Assembly: GCA_019638775.1 (NCBI GenBank)
Contig: JAHBTD010000005.1
Location: 3,345-67,344 of the forward strand
Origin: Fimbriimonadaceae bacterium
GTDB taxonomy: Bacteria > Armatimonadota > Fimbriimonadia > Fimbriimonadales > Fimbriimonadaceae
DNA: 64,000 nt
Reading direction: 5' to 3'
Made by a program: the position numbers and the translations under genes. Numbering within the stretch: position 1 is the stretch's first letter; every line of letters starts with the position of its first letter. Shown here one piece after another: positions 25,787 through 33,128 of the stretch. Under the pieces are notes generated by a model. The model saw only the letters and a program-made list of their open reading frames with translations. It had not been told where the DNA came from and ran no database searches.

Positions 25787-26686
25787 CTAAACCTCCTCCG
25801 GCATGAGTTCGGCTTCGTCGAGGACGATCATCGTGCCGCAGCCTTCGTTGGTGAAGACTTCGGTCAGGAGACTGTCAGGCGTCTTGTAGGAGATGACATG
25901 GACGCGGGTGACGGTGCCGTTGAGGGCGTCGGCGATGCAGGCGGCTTTGGGCATCATCCCGTCCTTGAGCGTGCCGTCTTTCTCCAGCTCCTGCAGCTGG
26001 GCGAGCTCAAGATGAGAGATGAGAGTCGTGGGGTCGCCTGGGTCGGTGCAGATGCCAGGAGCCCCGGTGACGAGGATCAGCTTGGCGGCTCCGATGGCGT
26101 TGGCGATGGCGGCGGCGACGGAGTCGGCGTTGATGTTGAGCAGCTGTCCGTCGGCGTCGGCGCTGAGGGGGCTGACCATCGGGAGATAGCCGCTGTCGAG
26201 GAGGTCGTCGAGCACCTTGGGGTCGATCTTGACGATGTCGCCGACGAAGCCGAAGTCGACGGTTTCGCCGTCTTTCGTCTTTCGCGGAGGGCGTTTGGCG
26301 GCGTGGACCAGGCCGGAATCCACCCCGCTAAGGCCGATGACGGGCATGTCCAGTTCGCGGCCTGCGGATAAGAGGGTTGCTCGGGCCGCGCCGAAGAGGG
26401 CGAGCGTCATGGCCTCCAGCATTCCGGCGTCGGTGATGCGGCGGCCTTCGTGGAAGACGGACTGCGCGCCGAGGCGGTCGGCAAGGGCGGTGGCCTGCGG
26501 CCCGCCGCCGTGCACGAGGACGACCTGGATGCCGAGTCGGTGGAGGACGGAGACCTGCTCCAGCAGGGCCTTGGCGTCGGCTTGAGTTTGGATGGCTTCT
26601 CCGCCGACCTTGACGACAAACCGCTGGCCTTGGTAGAGGCGCAGGTAGGGGAGGGCTCTTCTGAGGGCCTCGACGGAACTATGCAT
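25787..26686 (-). CDS. argB: Acetylglutamate kinase
   Basis: RFVVKVGGEAI...VLVHGGGPQ amino-acid-kinase signature. GGAGA SD with a 6-nt spacer. 8-nt overlap with the argF' stop. Confidence 0.9.
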   Translation of the reverse strand: MHSSVEALRRALPYLRLYQGQRFVVKVGGEAIQTQADAKALLEQVSVLHRLGIQVVLVHGGGPQATALADRLGAQSVFHEGRRITDAGMLEAMTLALFGAARATLLSAGRELDMPVIGLSGVDSGLVHAAKRPPRKTKDGETVDFGFVGDIVKIDPKVLDDLLDSGYLPMVSPLSADADGQLLNINADSVAAAIANAIGAAKLILVTGAPGICTDPGDPTTLISHLELAQLQELEKDGTLKDGMMPKAACIADALNGTVTRVHVISYKTPDSLLTEVFTNEGCGTMIVLDEAELMPEEV

Positions 26687-27680
26687 TGGGGTTCTCCATA
26701 AGCTTCATCATCACGGCCTTTTGCACGTGGAGGCGGTTGGCGGCTTCTTGCACCACCACGCTGCGCGGGCCGTCCAAAATCTCATCCGAAATCTCTACGT
26801 TGCGGCGAACGGGAAGGCAGTGCATCGCCTTGGCATCGCGCTGGGCGTTGGCAAACCAGGACTCTTTCAGACACCAATCGCGCAAGCTTGCGCGGGCTTC
26901 GGCCTCCTCGCTTGGCCTGCCGTAAAACTCTGGCGCGGCCCACGACTTCGCATAGACGATATGGGCTCCTTCGGTGGCTTCTTCGCGGTGGTGGGTGACC
27001 TTGAGGCGGTCGCCTCCGATCTGCCTCAGCTCGGAGATCGAACGGTCGGGCAGACCGAAGCCCTCGGGGTACACGACGGTCAGCTCCATGCCGCGAAGGA
27101 GGGCCATCGAGGCGACGCAGAGGGGGACGGCGTAGGGCAGCGGTCGGGGGTGCCATGCCCAGGAGAGTACGAACTTGCCGCCTTCTTTGGGGACTTTCAG
27201 ATCGTTCAGGAGCTTCCAATCGGCGAGGGCTTGGCAGGGGTGGTCGGCAGCCGACTCCATGTTGATGAACGGCTTGGGACAAAGCTTGGCCATCTTGGGC
27301 ATGAGAGCGTCGTCAAGGTCGGTGTCGAGGTCCTTGCCTTCGGCAAAGCATCGGATGCCTAGGAGGTCGCAGTATTGGGCCAGCACGGGGATGGCCTCGC
27401 GGATGTGCTCTTGGGCGCTGCCATCCATCACGACTCCGTCTCTGGTTTCGAGATTCCAAGAGCCCGCTCCTGGCTGGATGACGACGCTGCTGCCGCCGAG
27501 CTGCGACGCGCCAGCCTGGAAGGAGGCGAGCGTGCGCAGGGAGGGGTTCATGAAGAGGAGGCCGACAACCTTGTTCTTGAGGCTGTCGTTGATCGGCTCC
27601 CTTACGAGATGCTGGGCCAGCCGGACGAGGTCTTCGATCTCGTCGAAGCTCAGGCTTTTGAGGGAGAGGTATCGGTTCAT
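26679..27680 (-). CDS. argF': N-acyl(acetyl/succinyl)-ornithine carbamoyltransferase type ArgF'
   Basis: MNRYLSLKS... with NPSLRT (not the STRTR of classical OTC), MESAADHPCQ and HCLPVRRN. The track ORF 26679-28265 carries a spurious 195-codon N-extension antisense-free over argC. Confidence 0.8.
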   Translation of the reverse strand: MNRYLSLKSLSFDEIEDLVRLAQHLVREPINDSLKNKVVGLLFMNPSLRTLASFQAGASQLGGSSVVIQPGAGSWNLETRDGVVMDGSAQEHIREAIPVLAQYCDLLGIRCFAEGKDLDTDLDDALMPKMAKLCPKPFINMESAADHPCQALADWKLLNDLKVPKEGGKFVLSWAWHPRPLPYAVPLCVASMALLRGMELTVVYPEGFGLPDRSISELRQIGGDRLKVTHHREEATEGAHIVYAKSWAAPEFYGRPSEEAEARASLRDWCLKESWFANAQRDAKAMHCLPVRRNVEISDEILDGPRSVVVQEAANRLHVQKAVMMKLMENPNA

Positions 27681-27682
27681 CG

Positions 27683-28738
27683 CTATGTCCACCCCACGGC
27701 GGCCTGCATCAGACCGGCAGTCTCGTCGAAGCCGAAGATTCGGTTCATCCACTGGATACCGCCCCCGGCTGCGCCCTTGATGAGGTTGTCGATGACGCAG
27801 ACGACGGCGACCTGCGTTCCTTGGGCGGCGATGCCGATGTGCGCCCGGTTCGACCCGGCGACGTGCTTGACCGACGGCATGCTTGCCGAGACCGAGATGA
27901 ACGGACAGTCGGCATAGAAAGCCGTATAGCTCTCGATCAATTCTTCGGTCGTCGCAGCCGATTGGGTTTCCGCATAGACGGTGGCATGGATGCCGCGGGC
28001 GAACGGTCCGGAGTGGGGAAGGAAAACGAGCTTCGGCTCGCCTTCCGGCCTGAGCCGACCGAGGAACATCTTCATCTCGGGCGTGTGCCGATGCTTCAGA
28101 AGCTCGTAAGCCCACATGCCGCTGTGGCGATCGGGGTGGTGGGTGCCGGATTTGGGCGTGCGACCGCTGCCTGTGCTTCCGGTGACGCCGTTTACGACAA
28201 AGCTCGATGCCAGCCCAAGGGCGGCAAGCGGGGCGCAGGCCAGGGTCGCGGCGGTGGTAAAGCACCCAGGCTGGACAGCGTGCTTCGGCACGGGGGCTTT
28301 GTGCAGCTCGGGGATGGCGCAGGTGAATTCAGAGAGGAGTTCGGGGGTGGGATGCGATATTCCGTAGATCTCTTCAAACTGCTTCGCGTCGGCGTAGCGG
28401 AAGTCTGCTGAAAGATCCACGACCTTCATTCCGGCAGGGCCGCTTTCGATCCACTGTTTCAGGATTGGGGCGGCTTCGCCGTGGGGAAGCGCGGAGAAGA
28501 GGGCGACCTGATCTTGCTTTGCCGCATCGGCGAGACTGTTGTCGTTTGTATCGAAGGCCAAGCTTTTTGACACCCCGGCAAGGTGGGGGAAGATGTCGCC
28601 CACTTGCTGCCCCGCTGCGCTCTGCGACACGACGCTGGTCAGCTCGAAGTGGGGGTGAGCGAGCAGCAGGCGAATCAGCTCGCCCGCAACGTATCCGGTG
28701 CCGCCGAGCACAATAGCGGGAATCTTTTCAGACGGCAT
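27683..28738 (-). CDS. argC: N-acetyl-gamma-glutamyl-phosphate reductase
   Basis: IVLGGTGYVAGELIRLL Rossmann start. Active-site region QPGCFTTA. 351 aa. Confidence 0.9.
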   Translation of the reverse strand: MPSEKIPAIVLGGTGYVAGELIRLLLAHPHFELTSVVSQSAAGQQVGDIFPHLAGVSKSLAFDTNDNSLADAAKQDQVALFSALPHGEAAPILKQWIESGPAGMKVVDLSADFRYADAKQFEEIYGISHPTPELLSEFTCAIPELHKAPVPKHAVQPGCFTTAATLACAPLAALGLASSFVVNGVTGSTGSGRTPKSGTHHPDRHSGMWAYELLKHRHTPEMKMFLGRLRPEGEPKLVFLPHSGPFARGIHATVYAETQSAATTEELIESYTAFYADCPFISVSASMPSVKHVAGSNRAHIGIAAQGTQVAVVCVIDNLIKGAAGGGIQWMNRIFGFDETAGLMQAAVGWT

Positions 28739-29684
28739 GGGCTACCCCCAAGGCGTCGCGCACGCATTCGGCGAGCTTTGCCGCTTCGGTTCGGGCGTTG
28801 ATGCCTTTGACTCCCGTGCGGCTGAGGATCACGCTGGTTCCGGCAGCGTTGTCGGTGGCGGGTCCGGTGATGACGGTGGGCTTGAGCCCGAAGTCTCGGC
28901 TGAGCAGCTCGACCCCGCCCCACGCGCCTACTGGGTCGCCGGCGGCAAGGACGATCGCGGAGAAGCTGCGGTTGAGCTGGGGGTCTTGCAAGATCGCGGA
29001 GACGCCGTATTCGCCGATCAGGCCGTCGCCGAGCTCCATCACGATCACATCCGGCTTTTCGGCGGCTAGCCGATTGAGCATCGTTCGTGCCAGGGTTGCC
29101 GCGTTGGCGGGGGAGGTGGTGACGATGCCGAGGTCGGTGAAGATAATGGTCTGGCGCGCGCCCGCGTCCTCCATCGCCAGCACGTCGCGGCGCAGGCTCA
29201 CGCCGGTGGATTTTGCGGCGGCAACGCTGAGGCCGCTCCTGACCAGCTGCTCGATCAGGGAGATGCAGGCTTCGGTCTTGCCGGAGTTCATGCTGCTGCC
29301 GACCACGCCGATGACGGGTGTGCCGTTGACGGTCAGCGAGTCGTCAAGCTGCGGGAGGTTCTGGGCGATGTTGGCGGGGACGCCCTTGCGGCTGGCGAGG
29401 TAGGGGAAGTCGAGCACTTGGCCCAGCACTTCGCATTCGAACGGCGGACCAACGAGCGGAGAGTAGGAGGTGCATTGCCCGAGCACTCCACCCATGTTCA
29501 GGAGATTGATCTTGTCGCCGGTCTTGAGCTTTTCTGGGATGACGCCCGCGTAGCCTTGAACGGCGTTGCGGTGCCCCAGCGCTCCGGCGATCACGTCGCC
29601 CGGCTTGATGGCGGACATGCGTCCGGTCGTGAGCTCCAGGGCGTTGTAGGCGCTTTTGGAGTTGAGCACTCGGACGGCGATCAC
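28728..29684 (-). CDS. P-loop (SIMIBI-like) protein of unknown function embedded in the arginine operon ('X')
   Basis: Walker A-like GVVGSSMNSGKTEA and Walker B-like PDVIVMELGDG. Overlaps the argC start by 11 nt. The frame is protein-like for 34 more codons upstream, to CTG 29786 with GGAGG 6 nt upstream. Confidence 0.7.
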   Translation of the reverse strand: MIAVRVLNSKSAYNALELTTGRMSAIKPGDVIAGALGHRNAVQGYAGVIPEKLKTGDKINLLNMGGVLGQCTSYSPLVGPPFECEVLGQVLDFPYLASRKGVPANIAQNLPQLDDSLTVNGTPVIGVVGSSMNSGKTEACISLIEQLVRSGLSVAAAKSTGVSLRRDVLAMEDAGARQTIIFTDLGIVTTSPANAATLARTMLNRLAAEKPDVIVMELGDGLIGEYGVSAILQDPQLNRSFSAIVLAAGDPVGAWGGVELLSRDFGLKPTVITGPATDNAAGTSVILSRTGVKGINARTEAAKLAECVRDALGVAHAV

Positions 29685-29782
29685 ATCCCCCTCTTCGCAC
29701 GGGAAGCTGTTGTCGACTTTGACATCGCGGCGCAGTCGGCAGTTTGCCGTGACCGAAGCGATCTTGTCGAGGAAGACGGTTT

Positions 29783-31207
29783 TCAGGAGTGACCTCCCCT
29801 TGTGGCTTGACCGTCCGCGGGAGTGGCATGGGCGTCTCGCCCATGCGTCCCATGACCGTCTCGGTCATGGCTGTTCTTTTCCACGGGCGGGACGCCCGTG
29901 GTACGCATGGGCGAGACGCCCATGCCACTTTCCGGCTCCTCAAAATTCTTGGGTGCAATGCTTGGGGGTTCTTTCTTTTCAGAAGCAGAGACGCCCATGC
30001 CACTTTCGTCTGTGCCACCTCCAACTCTGGCAGCCAAGATCGTGGGCAGGCCGCAGATTCTGCCAAAGCCTTTAGCGTCTTCGGGGGTCCACTCCCCAAC
30101 CGCCTCGCCATAGACAGCTCGCGATGCGGCATGGAGGGAGTGGGGCGAGGCGACGCCTTCGACGAAGACCGAGCCCTGCCTGAGCAGCAGATGCACCTTG
30201 CCGGTGACCCTTTGCTGGGACGAAGTGAAGAACGCCTCGATATCTCGGCAGGCAGGCTCCAGCAGTAGCCCCTCATGCACCATGTCGCCATAGGCGGCGG
30301 CAAGCTGATCTTTGAGGGCGATCTGTCGCTTGGTCAGTACCAGCTTCTCCAGTTCGCGATGGGCGGCGATGATGACGGTCGGGGCGGGGGCCTCGAAGGC
30401 GACGCGGCCTTTGATACCGAGGATCGTTTCGCCGAGATGGATGCCGCGACCGATGCCATAGCTCCCAGCAATCTCGTCGAGTCTTTCGATGAGATCGATG
30501 GGGCGCATCGACTCGCCATCCAGCGCGGTGGGGATGCCTTGCGTGAATTCGAGAATGAGCCTCTTTGGCGTGAGCGATCGGTCGAATGCGTCCTTGGTGC
30601 GCACCCACTGGTCTTCGGGAATTGAGAGTTCGGTCCCGGTGGTTTCTGCGCCGCCGATGGTGATTCCCCAGATGCCGCTGTTGACGGAGTAGGCGCTGCC
30701 GTGGCTGGGGATCGGGAGGTTTCGGGCTTGCAGGTAGGCCACCTGATCCTCGCGCTTGGGGGCGTCGTCGCGGACGGGGGCGAGGATTTCGAGGTCGGGG
30801 GCGAGGGCGCGCAGGGCGACCTCAAAGCGAATTTGGTCGTTTCCGGCGGCGGTGCATCCGTGGGCGACGGCCTGGGCTCCCAGCTCCTTCGCCATGCGCG
30901 CCGACTCCTGGGCCTGGAGGGTTCGCTCCACACCCACGCAGAGCGGATACAGATTCCCGCGCAGCACGTTGCCGGCGATGAGGTGTTTCAGGGCTTGGTC
31001 GAAGAGGGCTTGCTTCGCATGAATATGCACATGCTGAGACGCGCCCAACGCCTTGCTTCGGGCTTCCAACTCCTCCAGTTGGGCCGGAGAGAACCCGCCG
31101 ACATCCACCGTCACGGTGACGACTTCATAGCCCTTTTCGATGAGGTAGGGGACGCCCCAGCAGGTGTCGAGTCCCCCCGAAAAGGCGAGCACGGCCTTCC
31201 TACACAT
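29783..31207 (-). CDS. argG: Argininosuccinate synthase with a repeat-derived C-terminal extension of about 79 aa
   Basis: MCRKAVLAFSGGLDTC... N-type ATP-PPase motif. ATG 31207 overlaps the argR stop. The canonical sequence ends near ...LPTILAARV. The rest (GMGVS..., HGRDAHAT) translates the palindromic repeats. Confidence 0.9.
   Translation of the reverse strand: MCRKAVLAFSGGLDTCWGVPYLIEKGYEVVTVTVDVGGFSPAQLEELEARSKALGASQHVHIHAKQALFDQALKHLIAGNVLRGNLYPLCVGVERTLQAQESARMAKELGAQAVAHGCTAAGNDQIRFEVALRALAPDLEILAPVRDDAPKREDQVAYLQARNLPIPSHGSAYSVNSGIWGITIGGAETTGTELSIPEDQWVRTKDAFDRSLTPKRLILEFTQGIPTALDGESMRPIDLIERLDEIAGSYGIGRGIHLGETILGIKGRVAFEAPAPTVIIAAHRELEKLVLTKRQIALKDQLAAAYGDMVHEGLLLEPACRDIEAFFTSSQQRVTGKVHLLLRQGSVFVEGVASPHSLHAASRAVYGEAVGEWTPEDAKGFGRICGLPTILAARVGGGTDESGMGVSASEKKEPPSIAPKNFEEPESGMGVSPMRTTGVPPVEKNSHDRDGHGTHGRDAHATPADGQATRGGHS
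29823..30003. repeat. Cluster of four perfect 9-bp-stem/3-nt-loop palindromes plus one half-site (REP/BIME-like)
   Basis: A 29826-29846 GCATGGGCG-TCT-CGCCCATGC. B 29850-29870 CCATGACCG-TCT-CGGTCATGG. C 29881-29901 CCACGGGCG-GGA-CGCCCGTGG. D 29905-29925 GCATGGGCG-AGA-CGCCCATGC (inverted copy of A including flanks). Half-site CGCCCATGCCAC at 29992-30003. Confidence 0.9.
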
Positions 31208-31664
31208 TCGCCGTCTCCCGACCGCTGAGCGCGAGGAGCTTTTGCCAGACCTTGTCCTGGTCGGCGGCGGAGGCGGTGGCGATGAAGATCGTGTCGTCTC
31301 CGGCGATGGTGCCCACGAGCTCGGGCCAGCCAAGCTGGTCGATTTGAACGGCGACCAGGTTCGCCGCGCCGATGAGCGTTCGCAGGACAAGCAGGTTGGG
31401 TCCGGCGGGTTGGAACGAAAGGATGCCTTCGATCTTTTGAGGGATGCTCTGAAGACTCTCGCCCATGAGCACATACCGTCCGCCGACCTTGGCGACGCCG
31501 AGGTCGTGTAGGTCTCGGGAGATGCTGCTCTGGGTGACGGAGAAGCCTTGGCTCTCCAGCGCCGCGACGAGATCCTCCTGACGCTCGATCACTTCGCGCT
31601 GGATCAGCGACGTGATAGCGGCAAGTCGTGTTTTGCGAAGGGAGTCGTCACGGCTCATGCGCAT
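31200..31664 (-). CDS. argR: Arginine repressor
   Basis: Winged-helix N-domain (LVAALESQGFSVTQSSISRDLHDLG) and C-terminal oligomerisation domain (GTIAGDDTIFI). First gene of the operon. Confidence 0.9.
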   Translation of the reverse strand: MRMSRDDSLRKTRLAAITSLIQREVIERQEDLVAALESQGFSVTQSSISRDLHDLGVAKVGGRYVLMGESLQSIPQKIEGILSFQPAGPNLLVLRTLIGAANLVAVQIDQLGWPELVGTIAGDDTIFIATASAADQDKVWQKLLALSGRETANV

Positions 31665-31665
31665 G

Positions 31666-31696
31666 ATTATGCATTAATGTGCATAAAAATGCAAAT
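31666..31696 (-). promoter_or_regulatory. ARG-box operator overlapping a putative sigma70 promoter (TTGCAT-17-CATAAT) of the arg operon
   Basis: TGCA half-sites at 31670, 31680 and 31690 (10-nt phasing). TGCATAAAAATGCA (31680-31693) is a palindrome. TGTGCATAAAAATGCAAA resembles the Bacillus-type ARG box CATGAATAAAAATKCAAK. The element abuts the argR start codon. Confidence 0.55.
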
Positions 31697-31720
31697 CGTT
31701 TTTAGGACTTGGGCACACTC

Positions 31721-33085
31721 TCACCGCATCAGGTGCCAGCCAAGGATAGCGCCATAGCCGACGAACACAAGCGTGAACAGGCAATTCAGCATCACATGCC
31801 CGATCTGCAAGAAGGGGCTGCTGGGCCAGTCGCTGCTCTTGAAGTAGAAGGAATCGACGCCGAGCCGGAACCCCCAGAACAGGAAGATCACGGTCGAGAT
31901 CGAGAGTCCGGCGGGTGTGCCGTGCAGAATGTCGGGATGGAGGACGAGCGTCAGCACGCCCCAAGAAACGATGGTGAAGACGATGAACGAGCCATAAGTC
32001 CACATCAGTTTGTGGTTGAGGCTGCTCAGGCGGGGAAGCTCTTCTCGCCATTTCAGCCGGGTGGGTACCTGGAAGCTAGCGGCAAGGATGAGGATCTGGG
32101 CGATGGCGAGCAAATAGATGAGAATGGACAGCGCCTGTTCGACCCCAATACTGAGCATTGCGCCGCGCAGCCACTCCATCAGGGGCCAGATCACCACGTG
32201 CCGAAACGGGCCGTGAAAGAGGATGGGCAGAGGGCCGAGGATGGCGAGAATCACCCAGAGCGGATGCTTGATCTTGAACCTGCGCTCGGCGAACATGAGG
32301 ATGCCCTGCACGGCAAAGTAGAGCAGAGGCAGGCCGTAGCCCGCTCCGGCAGGGAAGCTGATGGCGAACTCGTGCAGCAAGCCGGAGATAAGGAAGATCG
32401 CAAAGACGGCACCTCGCATCCCGAACGTTTTGGTGAGCCATGGCAGGAAGAAGATGCGGTCGAGCTCGACGAACGGGCGGTTCCATCGGCGGGTCCAAAA
32501 TTCGCTCAGGGTTTTGGACCGGTAGGGCGCGTCGAAGAGCGGCTTGACCTTCCATCCGGAGGTCTTGGCAAGGTCGGAGAGCATGTCGGAGAAGCCGAGA
32601 TGGATGGCGGTGAGGATAGCGAAGATGGCGATCCATTCGGCAAGGTCTTGGTTCAGCCGATTGCTGAATCCAGCAACGACTAGGAGCACGAGGGTTCCGC
32701 AGAGGAATCTGACCATTCCCCCGGCAAAGCGTTTGGCGTCGGTGGCGAGGGGGCTTGGCTTTTCGGCAAATGGGGTGGGGTCGATCCCTGGCCATACCGT
32801 CGCATAAAACAGTAGGCCGGGCCAGTACATCTTTTGCAGGTCCTTCAAGGGTTGGCGAAGTAGCGAGGATGCCTTGAATACAAACAGCAAGGCAAGGGCC
32901 GAAGCCGTCAAACGCTGATAAGGACTCCAGTTTGGGGCTTGAAGGAGCGTGAACAGGACTGCTGCACAAGGGATCGCGCCGGAGAGAAACTTGCGAAACT
33001 TATCCTCTTTGAGAATGAATGCGAATGCCCAAGCCGCAGCCAACGAAGCGCCCCACATCGCTATGAAAGCCGACCACGCTTGCAT
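31721..33085 (-). CDS. MBOAT_2 / wax-synthase-like membrane O-acyltransferase
   Basis: Polytopic membrane protein with LSEFWTRRWNRPF and SGLLHE motifs characteristic of the MBOAT_2 family. Confidence 0.7.
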   Translation of the reverse strand: MQAWSAFIAMWGASLAAAWAFAFILKEDKFRKFLSGAIPCAAVLFTLLQAPNWSPYQRLTASALALLFVFKASSLLRQPLKDLQKMYWPGLLFYATVWPGIDPTPFAEKPSPLATDAKRFAGGMVRFLCGTLVLLVVAGFSNRLNQDLAEWIAIFAILTAIHLGFSDMLSDLAKTSGWKVKPLFDAPYRSKTLSEFWTRRWNRPFVELDRIFFLPWLTKTFGMRGAVFAIFLISGLLHEFAISFPAGAGYGLPLLYFAVQGILMFAERRFKIKHPLWVILAILGPLPILFHGPFRHVVIWPLMEWLRGAMLSIGVEQALSILIYLLAIAQILILAASFQVPTRLKWREELPRLSSLNHKLMWTYGSFIVFTIVSWGVLTLVLHPDILHGTPAGLSISTVIFLFWGFRLGVDSFYFKSSDWPSSPFLQIGHVMLNCLFTLVFVGYGAILGWHLMR

Positions 33086-33128
33086 AGCTCATTATCGCTG
33101 AACTTGAACGCGCGCGGCGCTGACTGCG

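Noticed and set aside
27681-28265. Long N-terminal extensions of track ORFs. This one is on argF'. Others are sdhA 62113-62892, argG 31208-31474, amidohydrolase 48132-48392, desaturase 50243-50521 and sdhC 62952-63089.
   Set aside because: The extensions overlap the upstream gene in another frame and translate to R/P/H-rich junk. Internal ATGs give canonical N-termini, usually with stop/start overlap to the preceding gene.
29344-30303. 319-aa ORF across the palindromic repeats (translates MGETPMPL..., RASRPW...)
   Set aside because: It is the out-of-frame translation of argG plus repeat DNA. Such 'proteins' are a known artefact of palindromic repeats.
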